Assembly: GCA_965243135.1 (NCBI GenBank)
Contig: OZ251539.1
Location: forward strand, 1,440,001 to 1,504,000
Length of the DNA stretch: 64,000 nucleotides
Source: Alphaproteobacteria bacterium
GTDB lineage: Bacteria > Pseudomonadota > Alphaproteobacteria > MPNO01 > UBA830
Direction: 5' to 3'
Position numbers and translations under genes: made by a program. The notes beneath the pieces are model-generated. The model was given only the letters and a program-made list of their open reading frames with translations, was not told where the DNA came from and ran no database searches. The first letter of the stretch is position 1; every line of letters begins with the position of its first letter. Below, in pieces: positions 9,928-20,219 of this stretch.

Positions 9928-10494
9928 TCAGTCAGTTCGGCGTGAAGGGGAACGCGGGACCAGCATGCGCACGAGGGTCGATCCCTTGTCCATGAAATGG
10001 TGCTTGAGAGCCGCCCCGGCATGCATGGCGACCAGGGCGATACCGCCATAGGCCAGATAGAAGTGGATTTCGATGGCGAGGTCGCGGATTCGCTCCGATA
10101 TTTCCAACAGCGCGGGCAATTCGAACAATCCGAACATGCCGATGCCCGCGCCTTCCGAGGTCGAAATCAAGTAGCCCGTGACCGGAAGAAGGATCAGGAG
10201 CGAACTCAGGATCCAGTGCATCGCGGTGGCGCCGGCGCGCTCATAGGCCCTGACTTCCCGTTCGAATCCCGGTTTCCTGTCGGCGAACCGCCAGCCGAAT
10301 TTGGCCAAGACGAGCGCGAGAACCACGATCCCGATCGTCTTGTGAAGGGAAAGGGAGTCATGATACCAGGAGTCGTAGTATGTGAGCTCCACCATCCAGG
10401 CGCCGAGCCCCACGAGGCCGATAAAGGCGAAGGCGATGGTCCAGTGGAAGAACATGGATACAAGACCGTAATGGTCTTTGCCGTTCTTCCACAT
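9928..10494 (-). CDS. Cytochrome b561 (YceJ-like)
   Basis: Four TM helices with HW, HKTIG, HW and H..AALKHH heme ligands. Adjacent to yceI-like gene. Confidence 0.88.
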   Translation of the reverse strand: MWKNGKDHYGLVSMFFHWTIAFAFIGLVGLGAWMVELTYYDSWYHDSLSLHKTIGIVVLALVLAKFGWRFADRKPGFEREVRAYERAGATAMHWILSSLLILLPVTGYLISTSEGAGIGMFGLFELPALLEISERIRDLAIEIHFYLAYGGIALVAMHAGAALKHHFMDKGSTLVRMLVPRSPSRRTD

Positions 10495-10527
10495 TGCGTT
10501 TTTCCGGACCTCGCAGCGCGCCCGGTC

Positions 10528-11103
10528 CTACTTCCGAATGCCCTCGATCGACAGGAAGAGGTCCATGGATTCGGACGCCGGACCCAAGCTTCGGCCCGCG
10601 CCGAATTCGCTGCGCTTCAGCGTCGTTTCGCCTTCGAAACCAGCGCGATACCCACCCCAAGGGTCGTTGCCTTCGCCTACCTTTTTCACGGCGATGGAGA
10701 TCGGCTTGGTAACTCCCATCAGCGTCAGGCTTCCTTTCATGGTGCCGCCTTGGGCGTCTCCCTCGTAGGCCGTGCTGACGAATGTCGCCTTGGGAAACTT
10801 CTTCACGTTGAGGAAGTCTGGCGAGCGCAGATGCTTGTCGCGTTCGGCGTGGCCGGTGTCGACGCTCGTAGTGTCGATTTCGACCGAGATTTTCTGTCCG
10901 GCCGGCCCTGCGGACGGATCGAACATGAAGTCGCCCGACAGCTTGTCGAAGGTGCCGATCATCCAGGAATACCCAAGATGGGAGATCTTGAACTGGACGA
11001 AACTGTGGGCGGGGTCGATTCGGTATTCGGCGGCGCGGACGGCCGCAGCCGAAAACGCGATGGCGGCAGCGGCGAGTACGGCTCCCAGAATGCGCAGGTT
11101 CAT
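10528..11103 (-). CDS. YceI family periplasmic lipid/polyisoprenoid-binding protein
   Basis: Signal peptide, [33 protein letters not shown]. Confidence 0.9.
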   Translation of the reverse strand: MNLRILGAVLAAAAIAFSAAAVRAAEYRIDPAHSFVQFKISHLGYSWMIGTFDKLSGDFMFDPSAGPAGQKISVEIDTTSVDTGHAERDKHLRSPDFLNVKKFPKATFVSTAYEGDAQGGTMKGSLTLMGVTKPISIAVKKVGEGNDPWGGYRAGFEGETTLKRSEFGAGRSLGPASESMDLFLSIEGIRK

Positions 11104-11718
11104 GCTTCGATCTCCTTTTCAAAGTCGGGGGCGACGTTCCCAAGCATACCATAAGATGGGTTTTCGCGCCCGCCAGGCAAGCCTCGTTGACGATTGGCCC
11201 CGGACGGCCCTGCCTGCGCAAGCCGGTTCTTCATCGCCGCCGAGGGTAAAACCTCTTGTCTTCGACGACGGCCGGAGAAACGCGGAGATCGGCGCGCCAT
11301 GAAAAAGGCTCTTGCGATCGGTTGTCGGGCGGATGTCGCGGTTTCCGAGTGAAGCCGCGTGGTTCGGGTCCGGTCATGCACCCCTGTCCGCCCCGAACCG
11401 GGCCGCCGGCCGCGAGTCCCTGAGACCGCTTCCGTTCACCGGCAAATTTTTGCCTGTCCAATGAGAACGCGCCCGATAGCGCGTCGCGGCGGCGGCATAG
11501 ACAGGCGTCCCGCCCAAGGAGGGGGCCAGGCAAGACGCAACCGCCGTCGAGGTCGAGCGCGCAATTACCCAATGCGAGAAAAGATGTTATTGGTCATTGC
11601 AGAGAAATCGTCGCTGCATGGCTTCGGTTCGCCGCGTAAGTCTTTCGTCGGAATGCGCGGACTGCTGGCTGGTTGGCCGAAAGGTGCCGAAGATGAGCCG
11701 AACTCGAGCAAGGAACGA

Positions 11719-13824
11719 ATGACGTATCGTCTCGGCGTCGATATTGGCGGCACGTTTACCGACTTCGCCATCGTCGACGCCGACACCGGAGAGATCCGCG
11801 TCGAAAAGATTCTCACCTCGGCCGGCGAGCCGGAAAGAACCGTTCTTTCCGGCATCGACGGCCTGGCCGAGGCGATTCCATCCCTCTTGTCCCGAACGGC
11901 CGAAGTGATCCACGCCACGACGTTGATCACCAACGTCGTCCTCGAGCGCAAGGGGGCCTTGACCGCATTGCTGACGACCGCGGGGTTTCGCGACGTCCTG
12001 GAGATGGCTCGCGAGGTCCGCTACGACATCTACGATATGTTCATCCGCCTGCCCGAGCCGCTGGTGCCCAGAAGACTGCGTCTTGGAGTGAGCGAGCGCA
12101 TTCTGGCCGACGGGACGGTGCTGCAACCGTTGGCCGAGGACGAGGTTCGCCGGGCCGCGGCCGCTTTCCGCGATGCCGGCGTCGGCGCGGTCGCCGTCAT
12201 GTTCCTCCATTCCTACCGGAACGCCGCCCACGAACTCCGCGCGGCGGAGATATTGCGCGAGGAGCTGCCGGGAATCGTCGTGTCGCTGTCGCACGAAGTT
12301 CATCCGGAGCCGAAGGAATACGAACGCGCTTCGACGACCGTGGTGGACGCCTACGTCAAAGGAGTGGCCGAAGGCTATCTCGACCGGTTGTCCGGCGGGT
12401 TGACGGAACGCGGCTACGCCAACCGCCTCTTCGTGATGCTGTCGAACGGCGGGGCCGCAACGGCGGAGACCGCCAGGAAAGTTCCCGTGCAGATCGTCGA
12501 ATCGGGGCCCGCGGCGGGAGTCGAGGCGGCATCGTATTTCGGGCGGCTGATGGGAACCGACCGCATGCTGTCGTTCGACATGGGAGGAACCACGGCGAAG
12601 CTGTGCGTCGTCGAGAAAGGGAAAGCCTCGCGAAACCGCGCGTTCGAAGTCGACCGCGTGCACCGCTTCAAGGCCGGTAGCGGCCTGCCGGTGGCCGTGC
12701 CGGTCTACGATCTGCTGGAAATCGGCGCCGGCGGCGGCAGCGTCGCCCGGATCAACGATCTCGGTTTGCTTCAGGTGGGACCGGATAGCGCGGGTTCCGA
12801 CCCCGGGCCCGCAAGCTACGGCCTCGGCGGCGCCGCTCCCACGGTCACCGACGCAGACCTCCTGCTGGGCTATCTCAATCCGGACTACTTTCTCGGCGGC
12901 CGAATGCGTTTGGACACGGCGGCGGCGTCGGAAGCGATCGGCGCTCTGGCCGGGGCCGCCGGTCTCACGCCGGTCGGCGCCGCTGCCGGCGTTCACGAAC
13001 TGGTCAACGTCAACATGGCGTCGGCCGCGCGCATGTATCTGACCGAAAAGGGCCTGGCCGCGCCGCAGCTGTCGCTCGTCGCCTTCGGCGGCGCCGGGCC
13101 GGTTCACGCCGTGGATCTTGCCCGCAAGCTCGGTTGTCCGAGAGTGGTCGTTCCTCCGTATTCAGGCGTCATGTCGTCGCTCGGGCTGCTGGCCGCTCCC
13201 GTCGCGTTCGAGCGCAGCCGCGCGATACGGCGCATTCTCCGTACGCTCGACCTTGAAACGGTCGAGGTCGCGATCCGCGAACTGGAGCGCGAGATCCGGC
13301 CGCTGATGCCCGACGGCGCGGCGGCGATCGTTCGGCGGAGCGTCGACCTTCGCTATTCCGGTCAGGATTATCCCCTGGAAATCGAAATCGAGGGCCCGGG
13401 GAAGCTCGGCGCGAACGCGCCGGATTGGGAGGCGCGATTCGAGGCGGCGTACAGCGACCTCTACGGCAAGGTGGACGACGACAATCCGGTCGAACTGGCC
13501 AGCGTGCGCGTGCATGTCAGCCAGCCGCTTCCGCATCTGGAAATTTCCCGTCCGGCCGCGGCGGCGGATGCCCCTCCCAAGGCGTTTCGCGACATGTTCG
13601 TTTCCAGCGTCGGCGGAATGGAACGCGTGCCCGTCTTCGAACGCGCCGCGCTGCGCGTCGGCCAGAAAATCGACGGTCCGGCAATCGTTGAAGAGCGCGA
13701 ATCGACCACGATCGTCGGACCCTCCGACCGGTTGGAGGTGAACGAGTTCGGGTGCCTGACCGTCGACCTTGCGGCGACGGTCGGCGGCGAAGCGCCCGCG
13801 GCCGCCGTTGCCGGGAGCGGATAG
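11719..13824 (+). CDS. Hydantoinase/oxoprolinase subunit A (ATP-dependent)
   Basis: GVDIGGTFTD, ESGPAAG, DMGGTT, IGAGGGS, AFGGAGP. Start taken at the ATG after AGGA. Confidence 0.9.
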   Translation: MTYRLGVDIGGTFTDFAIVDADTGEIRVEKILTSAGEPERTVLSGIDGLAEAIPSLLSRTAEVIHATTLITNVVLERKGALTALLTTAGFRDVLEMAREVRYDIYDMFIRLPEPLVPRRLRLGVSERILADGTVLQPLAEDEVRRAAAAFRDAGVGAVAVMFLHSYRNAAHELRAAEILREELPGIVVSLSHEVHPEPKEYERASTTVVDAYVKGVAEGYLDRLSGGLTERGYANRLFVMLSNGGAATAETARKVPVQIVESGPAAGVEAASYFGRLMGTDRMLSFDMGGTTAKLCVVEKGKASRNRAFEVDRVHRFKAGSGLPVAVPVYDLLEIGAGGGSVARINDLGLLQVGPDSAGSDPGPASYGLGGAAPTVTDADLLLGYLNPDYFLGGRMRLDTAAASEAIGALAGAAGLTPVGAAAGVHELVNVNMASAARMYLTEKGLAAPQLSLVAFGGAGPVHAVDLARKLGCPRVVVPPYSGVMSSLGLLAAPVAFERSRAIRRILRTLDLETVEVAIRELEREIRPLMPDGAAAIVRRSVDLRYSGQDYPLEIEIEGPGKLGANAPDWEARFEAAYSDLYGKVDDDNPVELASVRVHVSQPLPHLEISRPAAAADAPPKAFRDMFVSSVGGMERVPVFERAALRVGQKIDGPAIVEERESTTIVGPSDRLEVNEFGCLTVDLAATVGGEAPAAAVAGSG

Positions 13825-13826
13825 GC

Positions 13827-15557
13827 ATGCAACTCGACCCCGTCACCATCCAGATCCTGTGGAACCGCCTCGTAACGGTCGTCGACGAAGCGGCGACCGG
13901 CCTGATGCGCACGGCCTATACGCCGTCGGTGAAGGAATATCACGACTTCTGCTGCGCGTTGTTCGACGCCAACGCGCAAATGCTCTCCCACTCGACGGTC
14001 ACGACCGCCGGTTTTCTCGGCATCGTGCCCGAAGTCATGAGGAATTTTCTCGAAAAATACCCGCCGGAAAGCCTGGGGCCCGGCGATGCGATCGTCACCA
14101 ACGACCCCTGGGTCGCCAGCGGCCATCTCATCGACATATCCATCGCTTCGCCCATCTTTCATCGCGGCCGCATCGCCGGATACGCGTTGTGCATCGTTCA
14201 TCACCTCGACATGGGCGGGCGCATGTCGACGCTCGAATCGAAGGACATGTACGAAGAGGGCCTGAAGATTCCGATCCTCAAGCTTTACGAGGGCGGCAGA
14301 CTCAACGAAACGGTCTTCGAATTCATGCGCGCGAATATCCGCGTGCCCGACAAGGTCTTGGGCGATGTGCGGGCGCAACTGGTGGCGAACAACGTCTGCG
14401 GGCGCGGCCTGCAGGCGCTGCTCGAAGAATACGGCCTGAACGGGCTCGAAGAGCTCGGCGCGGAAGTCATCCGGCGCACTGAGGGCAGCCTGCGCCGCAA
14501 GATCGCGGCGCTGCCGGACGGCGCTTATCGCAACGACGTCGTCCTGCCCCGGATTCCCGGATGCGACGACGAAATCCTGATCAGGACCCTTGTGACGGTG
14601 CGCGGGGACGAGGTGGCGATCGATTACACGGGGTCGTCGGGCGAAGTCGGCGCGGCCGTGAACTGCTCCTACAACATGACGCGTTCCTATTCCGCCTATC
14701 CGATCAAGCTCGCGCTCGATCCCGGCGTGCCCAACAACGAAGGCGGATTGCGTCCGATCAGGGTCGTCGCGCCGGAAGGCACCGTCGTCAATTCGCGACC
14801 GCCGGCGGCCACCTGGGGCCGCACCATGATTTCCCATCTTTTTCCCGAAATCGTGTTTGCGGCGATGGAGAACATCATGCCGGACGCCATTCTGGCGTCT
14901 AACGGCGGATCTCCGGCCAACGAGGTTTACCTGCACGGCCGGCATTCCGACGGCCGGTCGTTCATGGCGATCGCCCAGCACAGCGGCGGATTCGGCGCCA
15001 GCGCCCGATACGACGGGTATTCCTGCCTGTGCTTTCCGAACAATACGCGGAACATTCCGGTCGAAGTCACTGAAAACGAAGCGCGGATGTACTACGTGCG
15101 CAAGGAATTGCGGATGGATTCCGGCGGGCCCGGACGCAACCGCGGCGGTCTCGGCCAGGAAGTGGAGTTCGGCATTCTCGACGGCGGCGGCGAACTGTCG
15201 CGCGACGTGGAAAGCTCCGTGCGTCTCAGCGGCAGAACGGAGAACGGAGCCTTTCCCGTGTTCGGGCGGCGGGATGGCCGCAACGGCCGCGGCAGCGGCA
15301 TGTGGCTCAACGGCGAGCCCGTCGATCACGGCGTCTATCGCCGCCTCGTTCCGGGCGACCGCGTGCGGTTCGTGTTGAGCGGAGGCGGCGGTTACGGCGA
15401 TCCGAACGAGCGGGAACCGGACCGGGTTCTTGCCGATGTCGAGCAGGGTTACGTCTCGCTCGAACGGGCCGAAGCCGATTACGGCGTCGTCATCGATCCC
15501 GAACGAATGCTGGTGGACGCGGCGGCGACCGCGGAGCTTCGGCGCGGATCGTCATGA
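13827..15557 (+). CDS. Hydantoinase B/oxoprolinase family subunit
   Basis: DPVT, NDPW..SGHL.D, HHLDMGG, EEGLKIP, DSGGPG..RGG, GGGGYGDP. Confidence 0.9.
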   Translation: MQLDPVTIQILWNRLVTVVDEAATGLMRTAYTPSVKEYHDFCCALFDANAQMLSHSTVTTAGFLGIVPEVMRNFLEKYPPESLGPGDAIVTNDPWVASGHLIDISIASPIFHRGRIAGYALCIVHHLDMGGRMSTLESKDMYEEGLKIPILKLYEGGRLNETVFEFMRANIRVPDKVLGDVRAQLVANNVCGRGLQALLEEYGLNGLEELGAEVIRRTEGSLRRKIAALPDGAYRNDVVLPRIPGCDDEILIRTLVTVRGDEVAIDYTGSSGEVGAAVNCSYNMTRSYSAYPIKLALDPGVPNNEGGLRPIRVVAPEGTVVNSRPPAATWGRTMISHLFPEIVFAAMENIMPDAILASNGGSPANEVYLHGRHSDGRSFMAIAQHSGGFGASARYDGYSCLCFPNNTRNIPVEVTENEARMYYVRKELRMDSGGPGRNRGGLGQEVEFGILDGGGELSRDVESSVRLSGRTENGAFPVFGRRDGRNGRGSGMWLNGEPVDHGVYRRLVPGDRVRFVLSGGGGYGDPNEREPDRVLADVEQGYVSLERAEADYGVVIDPERMLVDAAATAELRRGSS

Positions 15558-16468
15558 GTCGACGCCGGGTTGCAGGGCAGGGCGCGCGCTTGGCCGATGC
15601 CGGACTGAAGCCCATCGGCCGTCCGTTCTGGCTGCTCGGCCCGGGCGTTCTCTGGCTGTTGGTTTTCGGCTTGGCGCCGCTCGCCTTCATGCTGATGATG
15701 TCGTTCTGGACCTCGACGATCTTCGGCACCCGTCCCGACTTCTCTTTCGACAATTACGCCCGGGTCGTTGTCACCGATCTATACCGCGACCAGTTGTTCA
15801 AGACCCTGCGTATCGCCGCGATGACGACGGCGATGACCCTGGTGATCTCCTATCCGGTGGCCTACCTGCTGTCGCGTCTCAAGGGCATGCGCAAGGCCCT
15901 GTTCGTGCTGCTGATGTTCCTGCCGTTCTGGACCAGCTACGTCATCCGCGCCTTCGTCTGGCTTCCCATCCTGGGCCGCAACGGCGCCGTCAACAATTTT
16001 CTTCAGGCGGCGGGCGTCATCGACGCTCCGTTGGACTGGCTGCTGTTCAACGAAGGCGCCGTATTTCTCGGGTTGATCTACGTCTATGTGCTCTTCATGA
16101 CGCTGCCGATCTACCTGTCGCTGGAGAAGATCGATCCCGCGTTGGTCGAGGCGGCGACCGACCTTGGAGCCAGGCCCGCTTCGGTGTTCTGGCGCGTCAT
16201 TCTGCCGCTCAGCTGGCCAGGCGTGCTGTCGGGCTGCATCATGGTGTTCCTGCTGTCGGTCAGCGCCTTCGTCACGCCGCAGCTGCTCGGCGGTCCCTCG
16301 GGCATCATGTACGGCAACGTCATCGCGAGTCAGTTCCTTGCCAACAATAACTGGGCGTTCGGGTCGGCGCTGTCGCTGACGTTGGTGGCGATCGTGCTGT
16401 TGCTGCTGCTCGTCAGCTCCCGCTGGATCGGCGTGCGGCAGGTCTTCACCGGCGGACGGGACGGGTAG
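15554..16468 (+). CDS. ABC transporter permease, PotB-like
   Basis: LPFWTSYVIR, EAA.DLGA loop. Confidence 0.88.
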   Translation: MSRRRVAGQGARLADAGLKPIGRPFWLLGPGVLWLLVFGLAPLAFMLMMSFWTSTIFGTRPDFSFDNYARVVVTDLYRDQLFKTLRIAAMTTAMTLVISYPVAYLLSRLKGMRKALFVLLMFLPFWTSYVIRAFVWLPILGRNGAVNNFLQAAGVIDAPLDWLLFNEGAVFLGLIYVYVLFMTLPIYLSLEKIDPALVEAATDLGARPASVFWRVILPLSWPGVLSGCIMVFLLSVSAFVTPQLLGGPSGIMYGNVIASQFLANNNWAFGSALSLTLVAIVLLLLLVSSRWIGVRQVFTGGRDG

Positions 16469-16471
16469 GGC

Positions 16472-17317
16472 ATGGCCGCTCGGGCGCCCGGCAAATTGGG
16501 CCGCCGGCCGTACGGCGGATATCGGACGGCGCTGTGGATTTATGCCGGCGTCTTCTACGCGTTTCTATACACCCCCCTGCTGATGATCGGATTCCTGTCT
16601 TTCAACGATTCCGAAATCGTCGGTTTTCCTTTCACGGGGTTCACGATCCGATGGTACGAGGTCGTGTTCGACAGCCCGGCGCTGATCAAGGCGTTGGGCA
16701 ACAGCCTCGCCGTGGGTTTCCTGGCGGCGGCGATCTCGACCGCTTTGGCCCTGTCGCTGGCCATGGGCTTTCGTCACCGGTTTCGAGGCAAGGCGGTCAT
16801 CCTTTATCTGATCTTGGTTCCGATCATCATTCCGGGCATTATCGGCGGCATCGTGCTGTTGATCTTCTTCGGGTATTCCGGCGTGCGGTCATCGCTTTGG
16901 ACCACCGTTCTGGTAGCGCATGTCAACTGGGTGTTGCCGTTCGCCTTTCTCACGCTGTATCCGCGCCTGCACGGATTCGACCGGACGCTCGAGGAAGCGG
17001 CGATGGATCTCGGCGCGCGGCCGCGGGAAATTTTCACGCGCATCGTGTTTCCCATCATCCGGCCCGGCGTGATCGCCACGGCGCTGTTCTCGTTCAGCCT
17101 TTCTTTCGACGAGTTCATCAGGACGATATTCGTGACCGGGTTCGATCGGACGATACCCGTCCAGTTCTGGGGCCTCATCGTCGACGAATTGGCGCCGCAG
17201 TTGCCCGCGATGGCGGTTATCATTATCGTAATTTCGATCTTCAGCTCTCTTGTCGGGTTCGTCTTCATGCATCGTGCGACTGAACGCGCCAGGCTTCAGG
17301 CTCGGCCCGGGAGGTGA
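16472..17317 (+). CDS. ABC transporter permease, PotC-like
   Basis: FLY.P, EEAAMDLGA, SFDEF. Confidence 0.88.
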   Translation: MAARAPGKLGRRPYGGYRTALWIYAGVFYAFLYTPLLMIGFLSFNDSEIVGFPFTGFTIRWYEVVFDSPALIKALGNSLAVGFLAAAISTALALSLAMGFRHRFRGKAVILYLILVPIIIPGIIGGIVLLIFFGYSGVRSSLWTTVLVAHVNWVLPFAFLTLYPRLHGFDRTLEEAAMDLGARPREIFTRIVFPIIRPGVIATALFSFSLSFDEFIRTIFVTGFDRTIPVQFWGLIVDELAPQLPAMAVIIIVISIFSSLVGFVFMHRATERARLQARPGR

Positions 17318-17364
17318 GGGAGCCGCGTGACCGAAGGCACGCACGCAACCAGGGAGGAACGAAA

Positions 17365-18480
17365 ATGACCAGTCATGAAACTCGCGCAGGGGAGGGCGGC
17401 ACGCACCGTCGAGCCGTTCTGAAGGGGATCGCCGGGGTCGCGGCCGTCGGCGCCTTGCCGGCGTCGCCGGGGTTCGCCCAGTCCAAAAAGGTGGTCGCCA
17501 TCATGCCCGGCGTATTCATCCCCGACGCGGCGAGGCCGATCGTCGAGCGGTTGTCGGGCGTGAAGGTGGAAAACGCGCCCTACGTGTCGCCGACGGACAC
17601 GCTGGCGAAGCTGATGGCGCCGGGCGGCACCCGCAACTACGACATGATGATCAGCCTGACGAAGTTCGTGAAGGATCCGGCCCTCGGGGAGAAGGAAGGC
17701 GACGAGCGGGTTCGCGCGCTCGACATGAGCCGCATACCCAATGCCGGCAAGCTCATGTCCCTGTTCAAGAAGGACATCGTGACCCGCTCGGGCAAGACCT
17801 ACATGATTCCGATCGTCTGGGGATACGATTCGGTCATCTACAATGCCGACAAGATCCCGACCGACGATCCGTTGACCCAGTCCTGGGGGGTGCTGTTCGA
17901 CGACAGGTACAAAGGCCGCGTCGCGTGGCGCGACGACGCCCACGGCATGATCATGGTCGCGGCGCTGCATCGCGGCCATCCCGACCCGATTTCCATGGAC
18001 GCCAGCGACCTGAAGGACATCACCGCCTGGCTGATCGACCGCAAGAAGAACGTCCGCACCATGTGGACCAAGTTCGGCGAAGCGGTGAACCTCGTGTCGT
18101 CGGGCGAAGTCTGGGCGATGTACGGTTGGATCGCGATGCGGGCGGCCCTCCAGAAGCAGGGTCTCAACGTCACCAACAATTGGCCCCGCGACGGGCTTCT
18201 GACGTGGAACCAGTCGGGCTTCGTTCCCAAGGATTCGCCCAACGCGGCGGCGGCGGAAGCCGTGATCAACGCGATGCTGTCGAAGGAGTACGGCCAAAAG
18301 CTGACGGAGGTGACCAACTATCCGTCGACATCCGCGGAGGTCGCCGCGTTGTTCGGCGATGCCGACAAGCGCAAGCTCGGCTTCGACGTCGTCGACCGGG
18401 GCGTCAAGCTCTACGGGCTCGACTTTCCGGCCAGCATCGATAAATGGGTCGAATCCTGGAACACCGTCAAGACGGCGTGA
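17365..18480 (+). CDS. ABC substrate-binding protein, PotD/PotF-like, Tat-exported
   Basis: Twin-arginine signal HRRAVLKG, P.VWG....YN, SW..LFD. GGAGG RBS. Confidence 0.8.
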   Translation: MTSHETRAGEGGTHRRAVLKGIAGVAAVGALPASPGFAQSKKVVAIMPGVFIPDAARPIVERLSGVKVENAPYVSPTDTLAKLMAPGGTRNYDMMISLTKFVKDPALGEKEGDERVRALDMSRIPNAGKLMSLFKKDIVTRSGKTYMIPIVWGYDSVIYNADKIPTDDPLTQSWGVLFDDRYKGRVAWRDDAHGMIMVAALHRGHPDPISMDASDLKDITAWLIDRKKNVRTMWTKFGEAVNLVSSGEVWAMYGWIAMRAALQKQGLNVTNNWPRDGLLTWNQSGFVPKDSPNAAAAEAVINAMLSKEYGQKLTEVTNYPSTSAEVAALFGDADKRKLGFDVVDRGVKLYGLDFPASIDKWVESWNTVKTA

Positions 18481-19640
18481 TCCGCGCCGGGGCGGCTGCC
18501 GAACGAGGCGGCCGCCCTGGCGAGAAGGGGGGGACGGTCCCGTCCGCCCCTCCGGCCGGCGACGGATACGCCGTCGAGGTCAGGAACGTCTCCAAACGGT
18601 TCGGCGAAGTCGCCGCGCTTGACGACGTGTCGCTGGACATTCGACGCGGCGAATTCTTCTCGCTGCTCGGGCCGTCCGGCTGCGGCAAGACCACGTTGTT
18701 GCGGATGATCGGCGGATTCGAAGTGCCGAGCGCCGGCCGCATATTGATCGACGGAGTCGATACGGTCGGCGCGCCGCCTTACGCCCGCAGCACGAACATG
18801 ATCTTCCAGCATCTTGCGTTGTTTCCTCACATGAACGTGCTCGACAACGTCTCGTTCGGACTGAAGATGAAGCGTCTCGACGAGGACGTCGTTTCACGAA
18901 GAGTGAAAGAGGCTCTCGATCTCGTGCGCCTCGAGGGCTACGGCGAACGGAGGATCGATCAATTGAGCGGCGGCCAAAAGCAACGGGTAGCGATGGCGCG
19001 GGCGCTGGTGAACGATCCGTCGGTTCTGCTGCTCGACGAGCCGCTCGGCGCGCTCGATCTTCAATTGCGCCTGCAGATGCAGGACGAATTGCGTCGTTTG
19101 CACAAATCGCTCGGCAATACTTTCATTTTCGTCACGCACGATCAGGGGGAGGCGATGGCGATGTCCGACCGCATCGCCGTGATGAACGATGGCCGCGTTC
19201 TACAAACGGGGACGCCCGAGGAAATATACGAAGCGCCGCGCACCCGCTTCGTCGCCGATTTCGTCGGTCATGCCAACGTCTTCGACGGCCGGGTCGCGAA
19301 CGTGGACGGCGACGGCGAATGCCTCGTCGAAAGCGGCAGCCTGACGTTTCGCTGCGAGGCGCCGGACGGCCTCAAGGCCGGACAGCAGGTGTCGGTCGCG
19401 TTGCGGTTCGAAAACGTGAGGCTGAGCGGCGAACCGGCGCAGCGGCGGGGGGCCGGCTGCACTGCCGAAGTGACGGAAAAAATGTACATGGGCGGCATGT
19501 TCCGCCTGGAGACCAGCGTCGACGGCGGAGGCGCGCTCACGGCGGACATATCTGACGTTCAGGCGGCGCGTTCCGTTTCGGAGGGGGACAGGGTGCATCT
19601 CGTCTGGAATGCCGCCGACCTGTCGGTGTTGCCCGAATAG
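18477..19640 (+). CDS. ABC transporter ATP-binding protein, PotA-like
   Basis: GPSGCGKTT, LSGGQ, LLLDEP, VTHDQ, TOBE-like C-terminus. Start uncertain. Confidence 0.9.
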   Translation: MIRAGAAAERGGRPGEKGGTVPSAPPAGDGYAVEVRNVSKRFGEVAALDDVSLDIRRGEFFSLLGPSGCGKTTLLRMIGGFEVPSAGRILIDGVDTVGAPPYARSTNMIFQHLALFPHMNVLDNVSFGLKMKRLDEDVVSRRVKEALDLVRLEGYGERRIDQLSGGQKQRVAMARALVNDPSVLLLDEPLGALDLQLRLQMQDELRRLHKSLGNTFIFVTHDQGEAMAMSDRIAVMNDGRVLQTGTPEEIYEAPRTRFVADFVGHANVFDGRVANVDGDGECLVESGSLTFRCEAPDGLKAGQQVSVALRFENVRLSGEPAQRRGAGCTAEVTEKMYMGGMFRLETSVDGGGALTADISDVQAARSVSEGDRVHLVWNAADLSVLPE

Positions 19641-19678
19641 GAGCCTCCGCGGCGGCCGACGCGGCGCTTGCCGCCGTC

Positions 19679-20203
19679 CTATGCCGTTTCGCTCAGGTCG
19701 GCGAGCCGTTTCCTGAGATTGGCCTGCCAGCCGCCGGCTTCGACGATCGCCTGCAACCGGACGTCGAGCGGCTGGAAACGGCGCGACAGGTTGCGCGTCA
19801 CGTTCCGGAACTCTCCGGTCTTGAAATCGACTTCCAGGTCGTCGCCGGTCTCGACGTCGTTCGTCACTCCCCGGCAACCGGCGAGGAACGGCAGGCCGGC
19901 GTTGATCGCGTTGCGAAAGCTGCCGCGAGGGATCGTCTCGACGACCAGCCCCAGCCCGTGTCCGACCATCCCGAGAAAGCCCTGGATGTGCGGGTTGCCC
20001 TGGCCGAAGCGTTTGCCGGCGACGATGATGTCCCCGGACGATACCTTGTTCGCGAAACCGGGATCGATTCCCGACATCAGATGATCGCGCAGGATCATCG
20101 GGTCGAGTTCGCGTTCGAGCGCGAAGCGCAACGGCATGACGTCGCCGTCGATGCCGAGATTGTCGCCGAACTTCCAGCACTTGCCTTTGTAGTTCCAGTT
20201 CAT
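19679..20203 (-). CDS. LeuD/HacB/DmdB-like aconitase-family dehydratase small subunit
   Basis: GKCWKFGDN, GDIIVAGK.FG.G, RNAINAGLP. Confidence 0.8.
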   Translation of the reverse strand: MNWNYKGKCWKFGDNLGIDGDVMPLRFALERELDPMILRDHLMSGIDPGFANKVSSGDIIVAGKRFGQGNPHIQGFLGMVGHGLGLVVETIPRGSFRNAINAGLPFLAGCRGVTNDVETGDDLEVDFKTGEFRNVTRNLSRRFQPLDVRLQAIVEAGGWQANLRKRLADLSETA

Positions 20204-20219
20204 GGCCGCTCCGTCCCGT

